Shown here: in pieces, positions 1 through 13,401 of the stretch
How positions within the stretch are numbered: position 1 is the stretch's first letter
How the letters are laid out: each line of letters opens with the position of its first letter
NCBI GenBank assembly: GCA_949358305.1
Contig: OX442314.1
Span: 8,990,001 to 9,054,000, forward strand
DNA from: Strigamia acuminata
Lineage: Eukaryota
Length of the DNA: 64,000 nucleotides
Reading direction: 5' to 3'
Position numbers and translations under genes: made by a program
Notes under the pieces: model-generated
Databases searched by the model: none
Told to the model about the DNA's origin: nothing
The model's input: only the letters and a program-made list of their open reading frames with translations

Positions 1-1345
1 CTTTGATGACTCCCACTCTTACCTCGTTCTTGGTCAAGCGTGACCACACCTATTCGTTGCTCCCAAGGTAACTCAGATGGAAATTCATTTGCATGCGAGA
101 CAACAAGTGGTAGCAGAAGCTATGGAATTGTGGGACATCTAGTGGTGAAATGTTGAAATATTTAATTAAATTTGATGTTTTTATTTTATTTTATTTTTTT
201 AAATGGAAATTTTAATGGAATTGGTGAGGAAATGAAGAATTTTTGGTTTGTTTTTAATTAGAATTTGTGGTTTGTGCGTAATTTTAATAAAGAGGAACGT
301 TTATCGTTTGTTTAAACGAACGGAAGAGGTCGCTAGGTGTTTGAATCTGCGGTCATTTTGGAACATATTGAATCGATCTAGAACAATCACTAAAAAATTA
401 TTAAAAGGAAAATGTTTTTAATGAAATGATGTAATTATAAATAAAATAGTCCGTTTTTACATGTCGTGCAAAGGAATTTAAAATTTAGAATTAAATTTAA
501 ATGGGTGAATAAGAAATTGATTTCAATAGATTTTTGCTTTATTGGCAAAAACTTTTTTGTTTACAATTGATTAGTATTAACATTTGAAATGTGCTAATTT
601 TCAAAATATTTTTCATCAATTGAATTGAATCGTCAGTCGTCATTTTTACTGAAAAGTAGAAAAGATATTACTCAAAAGAAATGACAACAATTTAAAAATT
701 TAGCCAATAAGTTTATGCGTTCAATCATTCGAAAGTGTTTAAAACCACCCTCAATGTTAAACCAAACCAACCAAATAGATGTTTATTAGTAAGTTGCTTT
801 TTAATCTTAGCCCAATTATGAACAGAAGAGTTTGCCACCGGTATACATACATTTCGGGTAGTTAAGATCTGTCTGTTAAGATCTGTCTTGATTCGCCTCC
901 TTCCTGCCGTCGCTGTCGCTATAAAAATTGGAGATTTTTTTAAAGATAAAATATAAAAACAAAGTTGAAACATACATTCAGGGAATCACCAACACACAGC
1001 ACAAAGACGACGAACACGATCATTATATAATTCATTTTCAACGGATGCTTTTGGGGTAGAAGAATTGAACGATGTTATGAATAGCGAATGGAAGACTTTT
1101 CTTGTTGAATGTCGGGGCTGTCACTGCATCGGTAGCAGCCGAATATATACACAGTTATTAATGGCCACATCTGGTCTCATAATTGATTGCATTCAATCGG
1201 GTTAGAGATTCTATTTAATTTTAATATTTTAATTCATTAAAATGAATAGATTATCAATTAGAGACGTAAATATTAAATAACAAATAGAACAGGTAATAAA
1301 CTATTTTTAAAAGGTAAATTATCATAGATATGGATGTCATAAAGT

Positions 1346-1509
1346 TTATATAAAATTTATATATTTAATATTAGAATTTATATATTTAATATTAGAATTT
1401 ATATATTTAATATTAGAATTTATATATTTAATATTAGAATTTATATATTTAATATTAGAATTTATATATTTAATATTAGAATTTATGTATTTAATATTAG
1501 AATTTGTAT
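1346..1509. repeat. 21-bp AT-rich minisatellite (tatatatttaatattagaatt)n, resuming at 2606-2665 after the solo LTR
   Basis: About 8 visible tandem copies; the same unit continues right after 2605. Confidence 0.95.
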
Positions 1510-2605
1510 TGTAATGGATCGCGAGTCTAGATGGTTTAGAAGCGTTTGAAAGACGCCGCGAAACAGTAAATGGCTCCAAAGGCCTGGTTTAGTACCTGCC
1601 GTAGGTCGAATGTGCGCAGGAGATTGGTAGCTAACACACTCTCAGATACTGTACATACACTAATATTTAAATTAATGCCGGGTACCCCGAGCTGTAAAAT
1701 CGGAGACAGGGCGTCCAGTAGTCGCGTCCGAACCAAAACCCAACGCGTGACCCGTAAACGAATGCACGTCTCGTAATGGTTCATAAGCAACTCCAGACCG
1801 TTAAGTCCGATTAGAGTGGGCAATTTTCTCGTGCTTATCTTCCGCACGGGCCCAAATCCTAACACTAAACCTAACTCTATGCTTAATTAAAGCTAAAGCC
1901 TAAATGGAAGGCGGCTAAACTAAGCTATGCGCACGCATGCGAAATAAAGAGACACAACTTCGAATTACCGGCCAGCTAATCCTGTTAGGCCTCAGAAAAC
2001 GCGTCACGGCGCCTAAAAACATGCAAACATGGACGAAAATGGCTACGAGTGGTGTAAAACCGTGAGTTAACACTGGAAAATGAATGAAAGCCCAAAGCCG
2101 TGTTGCAGAACTTTGGGGCAGAAACAAAGCCACGAGTGGGCCTCGAAAAGTGAATCAAGCTTGGATTTGAACACTGGCTACGAAGTAGCACCTCCGTGTT
2201 CGGCTGCTCAAGCAAGACTGAAGAAAAAGAGGAAAAATAGGGTGAGAGGTAAACTTGGACTCAACCAAGCTTGACCAATCACGGAAGAGTCAAGAGCCAA
2301 TCAGTACAGTCGGTGCATACTAAGTGTATGACTAACGTCGACGCGTACTGACCAGAATGCAAATAGACTTGCATCGAAATCATAAACTAAAGAAGAAAAA
2401 CTAGGAAAAGATAAGAGAAAAGAGCAAGAATGAAGAGAAGTTTAGGAGTGAGTAAGAGATAAGATAGAAAGAAAAATGAGGAAAACTCACGAATGAACAT
2501 GACACGAAACAACAAAGGTAGAAAAATATCAAATTAGATTTAATGGGAACACAACACGGGGAAACAATGCGTACTATTCGTACGCGTGAACACCGGGCCG
2601 TGACA
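1510..2605 (-). mobile_element. Solo LTR, family A (Gypsy-like)
   Basis: TGT...ACA termini; 4-bp TSD GTAT at 1506-1509 and 2606-2609; homologous over its length to the LTR at 16580-17711. Confidence 0.93.
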
Positions 2606-2934
2606 GTATATTTAATATTAGAATTTATGTATTTAATATTAGAATTAATATTGGAATTTATATATTGAAAAAAAAAAATTTTGATGTAATATTATTTTCA
2701 TTAAAAAATTGTTTTTTTTATCACAAAAAATGAATTGTTTTTTTTTCCTTAAAAAATTGTTTTTATTTCCTTAAAAAATTGTTTTTTTTTTCTTAAAAAA
2801 TTGTTTTTTTTTCCTTAAAAAATTGTTTTATATTCATAAAAAATAAATTAATTTCATCTTCATAAAAAAAAATTTTTTTTAAATTGTCTCGAACATGAAA
2901 AAAAATGAAAATTTTAGAAGTTTGTCCAAAGCAG

Positions 2935-5345
2935 TTAAAGATATTTAAGATATTTCTTTATGAAGATAAAATCATAAACAGTCTTTTCCAACGTGATGTA
3001 GCCCATTGTTTTCATGAAAGCTTCTAGTTCCTCGGGTTTTTTGTTGTTGTAATGTTCTACTGCAAAAACATTGATGTTGACCTTTTGAAAGGGAATGGTC
3101 TTCAACACTGGCAACTCAAATCCTTCAACGTCCAGCACGAAGTAATCGATGTTCGTGAGATTTGCAGCATTCAACAAGGAATACACTGGGAAACAGTCAA
3201 CCAGATACGAACCTGAATATGTAACGTTATTTTCTCCCAATTTACTCTGCATCCCGTTTGATGTCAAAATCATCTGTAAAACACAAATCATCGTTATGCG
3301 CATTCAAATTTCAGTTTTTTCTGTTTTTAGTGTTTCGGGAAACAGAATGGAGACCGAAAACAGCCATAAAATATCCTCAAAAAATGCATAAATATACTCC
3401 AAACCGATACAACGTGGTCCTAACTCCTATTGGTTGAGCCGGATTACGCCTAACTGTGGACTATGCTCTACTACGCGTGAAAAGTAGTTCTGTTTATTTT
3501 CAATGAATTTCAGTGTAAAAAGTGACTAGAATTGTTTCTACTGTTTACAGAAACACAACAAATTATTTAAAAAGAAACTTTATGTGGTCCCGATTGCATA
3601 TTAACAAACTACAGGCGTTTCAGGAATCTTTGCGGCCAGGAGTGACTAATACATCTACCGGAATGATTAACGCAGGAAGGGCAAGTTCTGCTCAAATTGC
3701 GCTCACCTCGCTTTAACTGGGTCAAACAAAGCAAAACAAGCGAAACAAATCAAACTAACACCCAGCACACAGACGATAAATTCAAATTTTCATGGCCGTT
3801 CAAACTATTGATGCGTTAGTCATTCCTGGCCAGGAAATCAGCACAGGGATTCCTGAAGCGCCTGCTGAAATTTGGCTGGACAATTGGCGATAAGTTTTGT
3901 AAGTCCAAGTAGAGTGCAATTGCATATAAACTATACAGTATGATGTTTGTTATTACTTTTTCTGTTTTATTGTGAGGGCTAAGACAAGCCTGCATCATGT
4001 AGGATTTACGATTCGAAAGCACCAACGAATAGAATTGAACAGGATGCGGTTCCACGAGAAGTCCTGTCCAGCCTAGATATCGTTCGAGGTAGATGGTCAT
4101 TGAATGAGACTCCGGGTGGTATGCACCAGCTTCAAAAAAAATCCCATTTTTTTTCTAATTTGATAAAACAATTTATATAAATTTCAATAAAAACTGAGAA
4201 ATTTTTGTTAAATTTCAATAAAATCTGAGAAATTATTGATAAATTTAAAATTTCATGAAATTTTAATAAATATCAAGAAGTATCAAGAAACATCAAGAAA
4301 TTTCAATACATATCAAGAAATTTCATGAAATTTTAATAAATATCAAGAAGTATCAAGAAATTTCATGAAATTTTAATAAATATCAAGAAGTATCAAGAAA
4401 CATCAAGAAATTTCAATACATATCAAGAAATTTCATGAAATTTCAATAAATGTTCAGAAATCTAAAGAAATAACAAATATTGAGAAGCAGGGGCGGATAT
4501 AGCACCCGGCTATTGGGGCTTGAGCCCCGGGCCCCCAAATTCTAGGGGACTCCCGAAACTCTGGGCCATGTACTAAAAAAAAAAAAAAAAAAAAAAAAGT
4601 CGCTAAAAAAAAGAAAAAAGAAGAAAGGTCACAAAAAAATTTTGAGAAAGGGGCCCCGAAAAAACCTCAAGCCCCGGGCTCCCGAAAAGCTAGATCCGCC
4701 CCTGTTGAGAAGAAATATTACTAAATATTGAGAAATATTGAGAAATATCAAAATATATTGAGAAATATCAAGAAATATTGAGAAATATCGAGAAATATTG
4801 AGAAATATCAAGAAATATTTAGAAACATCAAGAAATATTAATAAATATTGAGAAGTTTCAAGAAATATTAATAAATATTGAGAAGTTTCAAGAAATATTA
4901 ATAAATAATGCAAAATTTCAATAAAAGCAGACATTTTTGATAGATGTCAACAAGAATTGGCAAATTCCAAATAATGACTTACAGTTTTGAATATTCTTGA
5001 ACTTAAATTGGCTAACTCAACCGATACTGGATCCGAAACAAATGGATCCTCTAATTTATATGGATAGGAATTGGGTTTAATCAAAACCTCACTTCTAATG
5101 TATTCAATCAGCAATGGGTCTAGCTGCTCTCTTCCAGCCATATCAAAATCATTCCACTTTCTTTTCAATTCTCTTGAAACACAACCTGAAAACAATCCAT
5201 AACAAATCATCAAAAAAAAGAATACACATAAATATATATTTCCCATACTAATATTTTGACTGACAATCCAAGAATACATCATAATGGTAACAACAAGAAG
5301 AGGTATAAATGATACCAGCATTTTTTTCTTCATTAATTTGTGCAT
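2935..5345 (-). CDS. Star-like FkbM-family (Methyltransf_21) methyltransferase, copy A; 4 exons: 5345-5249, 5185-4983, 4154-3957, 3273-2935 (278 aa)
   Basis: N-terminal hydrophobic segment; motifs NGIFFEAGA, LERYLGWTGLLVEP, IDYFVLDVEGFELPVLKTIPF..VFAVEH; GT-AG introns keep the frame (837 nt). Confidence 0.9.
4488..4704. mobile_element. hAT-type MITE in intron 2 of FkbM copy A
   Basis: TIRs caggggcggat/atccgcccctg; 8-bp TSD TTGAGAAG at 4480-4487 and 4705-4712. Confidence 0.9.
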
Positions 5346-5967
5346 GATTGATTATGTTTTTCCAGGAAAGATTCAGAGTTCTAGTATTCCTGTTTGTGTG
5401 CACATCCTGCTGTGTTTGGTTTGTCTGTTAGGTGTGGATAGTATTTTATCTACATTTTATAGTCATTTTATTATGAAAATCTTTTAATATCCCACCATAA
5501 AATGCAGACTAGGATTGATGTTGATGAACTTGGATTTGCCTTTATTTGACTTTCCCAGATATCAAGTGTCGACGGAGTGTACCGTTGACTAAAACCTAAA
5601 ACCATTACTATACAAAATAAAATCACAACTAAATCTGTAAAATGTTGGAAATGGCAACAGCATATGGTGATGTTGGGAGCCTAAAATGAATTTTTTATTG
5701 CCTAAAATGACTTTTTGGGGACACGCTAGGTGCGATGCGATTCGCGCCGCCTCGCAAAGCGATTTTGACGTCATCAAAAATGACGTTAGGTCACACCTGA
5801 TTGGCTGCAATCAAAATCGCAGACCAAAAAGTACGCGCCGCCATCGCTCCTAGTGTGTCTCTAGCATAATAGTGAATCTTTTATTGTCAAATGTGAATTT
5901 TTTTGGACTAAAAAGGAAATTTTAAATACCGGTATGGTTTTTTTTTGTGCAAAAATGAAAGAAAAAA

Positions 5968-7599
5968 TTAATATTTAACATTTTTCTTTTTGAAAATGAA
6001 ATCGTATGTATTTTTTTCCATCGTGATGTAACCCCTTTGTTTCATGAAATCTTCTATTTCCTTTGGTTCGTTGCTGCTGTAATGTTCAACTGCTAAAACA
6101 TTGATGTTCACCTTGTGAAAGGGAATTGTCTTCAACACTGGCAACTCAATGCCTTCCACGTCCAGCACGAAGTAATCGATAGTCGTTAAATTGGCGGCGA
6201 CCAACAAGGAATAAACGGGAAAACACTCAACCCGAAACGAAGAGGAAGTTGTTTCGTTTATCAATTTACTATTCATTCCGTTTGAACTCAAATTCATCTG
6301 TAAAACGCAACAATTTTCAATACCAACACAAATATATTTCATCATGCATTCAAAGTTTCAGTTTTTGCTATTTTTAGTGTTTCTATAAAACCATCAACAA
6401 AAGCTGTAGACTGGTTTTCCAAGTGATTTATGCAACCTGGTGTTGATTTTTAAAACCAAATTCAAAATGGCTCTCACAGAAGTAGGATCGGGTCAAACAG
6501 CCAAATAGTTCGCCAGGTTTTCGTCTTTGCTTTTGATGTTTATGGAAACACCAAAAAAACCATAGAAACAGAAACTTTGGATGCGCCTAAAATTTGATTA
6601 TAGATGGCGTCGTCATTACTTCTTCTGACCGATTGTGAGGACTTAAGCAAGCCTCCATCAAATAGGATTTACGATTTGAAAGCAACAACTTGGAAAAGTG
6701 AATAGGATTCGGTTCCACGAGAAGTCCTGTCCAGCCTAGGAATCGTTCCAGATAAATAGTCATTGAAAGTGACTCTGGGTTAAATGCACCGGCTTCAAAA
6801 ATGTCCCATTGCGTTTCTGTTTGATAAAAATAATTAAAATTAAAATTGCCAAATTTGAAAAAAAATTACCAAATTCTAGCAAAAATTAACATTTCCCAAC
6901 AAAAATTGCCAAATTGTTGATAAATTTCAACAAAAATTGACAAATTCTTAATAAATTTAAACAAAAATTGTCAAATTCTTGATTAATTTCAACAAAAATT
7001 GCCAAATTCTTGATAAATTTCAATAAAAATTGCCAAATTCTTGATAAATTTCAACAAAAATTGCCAAATTCTTGATAAATTTCAACAAAAATTGCCAAAT
7101 TCTTGATAAATTTCAACAAAAATTGCCAAATTCTTGATAAATTTTAATAAAAATTGCCAATTTCCAAAGAATGACTTACCATTTTGAATATATTCTGACA
7201 TTGCTTGGCCAACTCAAGTGATCTTCCATTCAACACAAATGGATCCATTAAATTATATGGAGAAGTATTAGGTTTAATCAAAACCTCACTTCTAATATAC
7301 TGAATTAGCAGTGGGTCCAACTGCTTTCTTCCTGATATATTAAAAAAATCCCATTGTATCTTCCAAACCTTTGAAACCTTTGAAACAGGAGCTGAAAACA
7401 ACCCAAAAAATTTCCAGCAAACAACAACAACACGAATTTCTCTTTCCATACTTAGATTTTCGTCGACAATCCAAGAATATAACACAATGGCAACAAGAAT
7501 AAGAGGTGATGATACTAGCACTATTGTTTTGATTGTTTTGCACACACCTTTTCGCTTTACCTGAGCCAACAGGTAAGATTGATTATTGTGTTTTTCCAT
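5968..7599 (-). pseudogene. Star-like FkbM methyltransferase copy B, with a 1-bp deletion in exon 3; exons 7599-7452, 7391-7180, 6816-6620, 6297-5968
   Basis: Same exon structure as copy A, but exon 3 is 197 nt versus 198; the T-run in the NGxFFEAGA codons has 5 T instead of 6 (about 6797-6801). Confidence 0.75.
6895..7160. repeat. About 31-bp minisatellite (aaaaattgccaaattcttgataaatttcaac)n in intron 2 of copy B
   Basis: Visible tandem copies. Confidence 0.85.
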
Positions 7600-7976
7600 G
7601 TTTTCACACTATCCGTATTCCTGTCTGTGTGCACATCCTGATATAGTTGGTTTGGATAATATTTCATCTATATTTTATAGTCATTTTATTATGAAAGTCT
7701 TTCCATGCTTACTTTTAATATCCCCGAGTAAAATGCAGAGTCGATGTTAACACAGAATAAAACATAATGGTCGTGGGACAACCGGACAAGGCCCACTTAT
7801 CTTGCCATGTTATATGTACCACAGAAAGGTCAATTGACTCTGATCGTTAATAAATCCGAATAAGGGTCAGCTGACTCTAATCACAAGTTTTATTGGCTTT
7901 GGATGTTTATTAATTAATAAACCTTTATCCAGAGAAGGCAAAGTCTTACGAGAGTCGTTCTCGTCACGTTCTTAGC

Positions 7977-8036
<60 letters not shown>

Positions 8037-9040
8037 TCGCACTCCAAAGGAGTAAAAAGAAATGAGATACAAGTGAGGTAGGTTAGGTTTATCTTAGTTA
8101 ACGGCTAGTAATATGGTAATATTATCTGCCAAAGGAAGAATCGTCACACATCATAAATAAGTCATGTTTTAATATAGTTTTTATTGAGATTATTCTAAAG
8201 TTAAAGAATAAATAATTCGTGTGTTTTGAGAATTTCAAGTGTCATTCTTGAACATTCTCACATTGTAATAGTTTTAATAATTAGTAAGTTAGTTTAGTAC
8301 TTTAGTATTGAAAAGTCCCGTCATGGCAACCGTCTGTAACCTTAGTTTTAGTTTAAGATTAATTTAATGAAGATTCAGGTTTACAACTGTCTTTATGAAA
8401 AGGAAATCATGTTTATTTTTTTCCAGTGTGATGTAATCGTTTTTATGCATGAAATCTTCTATTTCTTTGGGTTTTTTGTTGTTGTAATGATCAACTACAA
8501 AAACATTGATGTTGATTTTATGAAAGGGAATTGTCTTCAGCACCTGCAACTCATATCCTTCCACGTCCAGCACGAAGTAGTCGATATTGGTTAAATTAGC
8601 GGCGAACAACAAGGAATAAACGGGAAAACAGTCAGCCAGAAACGTACTAAAAGATTTCTTTTTTACCAATTTACTGTGCAATCCGTTTGAACTCAAAGGC
8701 ATCTGTAAAACGCAACGATTTTCAACACCAACACAAAATATTTCATCATGCATTCAAAGTTTCAGTTTCCGCTATTTTCAGTAGCTGCATTCAAAAATTA
8801 AAATATTTTGTTTTACTTCAATTTTAAAACCAAAATGACATCGTTTCATGTCCTATTTATTAAATTAAACTATATTAATTATTTATTTCTAATTCTAATT
8901 ATATATGTATAATAAATTTATATATTTTTGAATGCAGCTAGTGTTTCTGTAAACAGAATGAACGCTAATAACAGCCAACAAAAGGTGCAAAAACAGAAAG
9001 CAGAACTAGAGTGATTTTCCAAGTGATTTCTCCAACCTGG

Positions 9041-9175
9041 CAGTGCTGGACTGGCTCGGCGGGTTACCGGGAGTTTCCCGGTGGCCCATGGCTGCTGTGG
9101 CCTGTCCCGACTTCATTAATTGTGGCCCAGACACCTAGATTTCCCGGCAATAAATTTGTTCCCAGTCCAGCCCTG
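9041..9175. mobile_element. hAT-type MITE (135 bp)
   Basis: TIRs cagtgctggactgg/ccagtccagccctg; 8-bp TSD CAACCTGG; the paralogous intron of copy B (about 6433-6440) shows the empty site. Confidence 0.92.
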
Positions 9176-9232
9176 CAACCTGGTGTTGAGTTTCACAATC
9201 AAATACAAAATGGCTCCCACAGAAAATGGATG

Positions 9233-10163
9233 CCGGTGGCATATATTTTTTTCTACAACGACACTACTGATCATCCGCCCATTACTGATCGCCACCGCTG
9301 CACCAGACATTGTAAGCGATCAATGCCTTTTCCCACTCATACCTGTGTCTTGTACGCAAGGAGGTTTGTAATTTAGAATTTTAATATTAATCCCCTCCCA
9401 CAAATAACCGAACCTAACCTAACCTAACACTCATGGTCTTCGCCAAGGTAACCCGGAGACTGGTTATCCTGGTGTGGGACACATACTCACGTATAATGAC
9501 AAGAGACTCCATATTGCTGGTTGTTGGCCTTTAATATCGTTGTCTAGGGGTTGGAGAAACCCGTCACCTGTTGCAGGGGTGCCAGTTAGGCACGCCGCAC
9601 CGGCAACCGACCTGTCACACACAGGGCAAGAGCCCCATGGGTGACGTGGTCGGTTCAACATAACATTCATGTCGTACTTACCTACGATCCACGCAGCCAC
9701 TCATGGAGGCTGCATTATGGAGAACGCCATGCTACTGAGCTTCGCCGTGGTGAATGGTGAGGAGAGTAGAGTCAGCACAAAGCAGGGTTGCCCTTGCTCA
9801 CGTCAGGCTTGGTCGGTGGTCGCTGCTCCTCTCTGCCACCTCTCTCACATCTCTTCCTCATCACACCACTCAGCTCCCTCCTCCCCCCCCATACTGGGTC
9901 AGTCCACCCGCAAGGGAGGACGACCTTGGAGTCGTAGGGCGGTGTGTGACAGTGAAGCAGGTCACCGTGGGTGGCCAAGCGGTCACAACCTAACCTAACC
10001 TAACCTGTCCTAACCTAACCTAACCTAGCCTAACCTGATGATCATGCATACAACGTCTGGAGAAAATTGTGATGATCTCAAGCAATGTCTGGTGCAGCGA
10101 TGGCGATCAGTAATGGGCGGATGATCGGTAGTGTCACTGTAGAAAAAAATATAAGCATGCTGG
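9233..10163. mobile_element. Non-autonomous DNA element with about 75-bp TIRs, internal (CCTAA)n repeats and an LTR-like fragment
   Basis: 9242-9312 is the reverse complement of 10083-10153; possible 2-bp TSD TG; (aacct)n at 9411-9428 and 9987-10036; 9540-9987 resembles the solo LTR at 13408-13933. Confidence 0.7.
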
Positions 10164-11730
10164 TGAAGTATAGACTACCAAAAAGTGAGTAAAAGCAAAA
10201 TTTTGTTGAACGAAATCGGCCATAATTCGATAATTGGGTCAAAATGGTGGAATTTTAATCGTAAAATTAAAAAATTAAACTGTAAGCAGAAAGAAAAGCG
10301 AAATAATCTTGCACACATTCGTAGTTCGCCATGATTTCGTCTTCTGCTTTTGCAGTTTGTAGAAACACCAAATACCATACAAACGGAAACTTTGTGTGCA
10401 CCTAAAAGTGATTATAGATGGCGTTGTCATTACTTTTGCTGATTGATTGTTAGGACTAAGACAAGCTTTCATCATGTAGGATTTACGATTCGAACGCAAT
10501 AACTTGGTGAATTGAATAGGATTTGGTTCCACAAGAAGCCCCGTCCAGCCTAGGAATCGTTCAAGAAAAATGGTCATTGAATGAGACTCCGGGTCGTATG
10601 CACCCGCTTCAAAAAAAATCCCATTGCGTTTCAATTTGATAAAAACAATTTGAATTAAGTATCAATTCACATTGCAGTTGCAGGTGTGGATCTAAGGGGA
10701 GGGCCATGGGACCATGGCTGACTCCTTTGATTTATGAGAGTTGCGCCGTTAGTACCTAATCTGCCACCAGAGCGTGTCACAAGCACATCTGGCTCTAACC
10801 AGAGGGTCTCATTGGCCAGTGGGAATGGCTCACAATTGTGATTTTGCATTAATTTTTTTTTTAGTTTTAGTTTTTATTACATGTTTATTTTATTTTCCTA
10901 AAAAAAAAAGAAATGAAATTTCGGATCTTTATTTATTTTTATTTTTGGTTGTAACGCGGTAAAATAGAGCGTGTGATGCGATTCCAACGCCATCTAGTGG
11001 TCAAATGTGAGTCAGCCGACCATTCTTTCTATGAACTGTGGCCATGGCCACCTCCTTGAATAACAAAATTGTCATTTTTGAACAGAAATTTCATTTTTTA
11101 GATGAAAAATTCATTCTTAGGAGGAAAAATTCATTTTTCGGGTGAAAAATTCATTTTTCGGGTGAAAAATTCATTTTTCGAGTGAAAAATCATTTTTCGG
11201 GTGAAAATTCATTTTTGGTATATTCCAACCAAAATATCAAATTCTTGTTAAATTTCAACTAAAACTTCTAAATTCCTTTTAAATTTCAAATTCAAATTTC
11301 AAAGCTTGAAAAAATCCTAAAGATTTACAAAGATACTTACTGTTTTGAACATTTTCTTACTAAAATTGGCCAATTTAACTGATTCTCTATCCAACACAAA
11401 TGGATCCTCCAAATAATAGGGTAATAAATTAGGTTTAATCAAAACCTCACTCCTAATATAAAAAAAAGTTTTTTTTTTCATAAAAAATAATTTTTTTTTT
11501 ACCTTAAAAAAAAATTGTTTTTTCTTCCTTAAAAAAAATTGCTTTATATTCATAAAAAATAAATTGATTTCATCTTCATAAAAAAAAAGTTTTTTTTTAT
11601 AAAAAAAATAGTCTTTTTTTTTATTAAAAATAGTCTTTTTTTTATAAAAAATAGTCTTTTTTTATAAAAAATAGTCTTTTTTTTTAGTAGTTTTTTTTTA
11701 ATAAAAAATAGTTTTTCTTTGCTAAAATTT

Positions 11731-12404
11731 TGTCACGGGCACGTCTACCCGCCTATTTTTATTTTAGAATAACCCGATCTTATTTCTTATAATATTTTCT
11801 TGTTTCTCTCACTTGTGATGATTCATCTCGCTTACTCATCTTCAGTTAATGAATGCGCAATCTGGATGATGCGCATATCATTATTCTTAACAATTGAATT
11901 CCTATTTTCACCTTTCCACCCCCTTCTCTAATTGATCTGACCAGTCACATGACTGAGTTTTCCTCTTTCCAACCATCCTAAGTTTAATCACTTCTTCTTA
12001 TGCTCTCTACTGGATAACACCAATTTCCTTTAGTAACATTTAGATTTAGTCCTCTATTATTTGCGCCTTCAACAAGCGCTCCTACATCTAACCCTATTGC
12101 GCTATTTTCTAAGCCGACATCTTTTATATTATCACTGCCCGATGATATCCCCTTTCCACTCTAGGTTTATATCATCGTGCTTTCATTCTTTTACGCCTAC
12201 AAACACCCGTCGTAAGCAAGGAACTGTCCAATATAAATTATGTTAGTCAAACGCGAGTATTAGGTTTCCTGAGTTTCTGGATGTCCACATTTGAAGGAAA
12301 CAAGGTTTAGGGAAATCTACGAACTTTGCCCATTACTATTGCGCGAATTAGTTTTTGCGCGATATTGTTAGGAATTAATTATACCAACAGAATTAATCGT
12401 GACA
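11731..12404 (+). mobile_element. Solo LTR, family B (Gypsy-like)
   Basis: TGTCAC...GTGACA termini; 4-bp TSD ATTT on both sides; diverged reverse-complement homolog of the LTR at 19381-20052. Confidence 0.9.
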
Positions 12405-13401
12405 ATTTTCTTTGCTAAAAAATAGTTTCTCTTTGATAAAAAATAGTTTTTCTTCGATAAAAAAATGGTCATAATAATCTAAAAAATAAATAAAAATAAA
12501 AACTATTTCTCCTAGTGGTAGCAATACAGACTGGAGTTAGGAGTAATATGGCTCGGCCAATGGGAGAAGGCAATCCTTTTGAGTTGAACAAGAATATATC
12601 GTACTGCCTCATTTAAACGCCCGGGCGTTTAATTTATTTTTGGGCCGACCCCCCTCCCTGCGTCTAAATGAAGCCGGGCGTTTAAATGAGACAGTACAGT
12701 AGACATTTTTGACCAGATTGAGTTTATGTCCTATAAATGGCATCTCACCTGCATTAATATTACTTATTTAGTGTAATAAATACCCGAATTGCAGCAAAAT
12801 ACTCATGTGCATACAACTTGTTAGGGTTAAACTGAAAATAGTTTTGTTAAGATTTTATTTGAGGTAAATACAATGAGTGCTAGGTGGCCCTTTGGCTTTA
12901 CAGTTAACCCTTGAAGGCATAAGGTTGTACAGTATACTGTACATGTTTAGGGTCAAGTACTTTACTGAATCGTAATATTTTTTTTCTATTGATTTTTTTT
13001 CGTACAAATTTATGATTTTGTTTATGTGATAATAAACTAAATCTCAAATGTAATTTGTAGTTATTGGTCATTTATTTAATTAAATATTTAATCTGGAAAT
13101 TTTCTGCCCCTTAAAGCTCCAGCATACTGTATCGCCTCGTTTAATCATCCGGGTTCATAAAGACACTGGACCCATTTTAGCGTGGGCAGTTATCGACTCA
13201 CAAATCTATACCCGCCGGCAGCTCCGTATAAACGCCGGGCTTCAAATTGGCGCCGGGTAAACATGAAATAGCTAATTAATAATTATGTTCAGATAACGTT
13301 CCGAATGGTACTATTTCCGGTCAGTCAAATGTATAAAACGCCATTGTGGTTCCAATCAAAATCTCTGATTCTGATTATTTATTAGCTGAATGGGAGTTGT
13401 A

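Larger units (their letters stand above)
8364..11459 (-). pseudogene. Star-like FkbM methyltransferase copy C, 5'-truncated; exon remnants about 11459-11341, 10631-10434, 8702-8364
   Basis: Exons 3 and 4 are homologous to copies A and B. Exon 2 breaks at about 11460 into A/T-rich sequence and no exon 1 is seen. The exon-3 acceptor reads TG (10632-10633) where the paralogs have AG. Confidence 0.8.

Noticed and set aside
1346..4934. ORFs 1346-1579 and 4629-4934
   Set aside because: Translations of minisatellites and a MITE.
10989..11000. CTCF-like motif gccatctagtgg (similar at about 134-145)
   Set aside because: Short isolated match with no supporting evidence.
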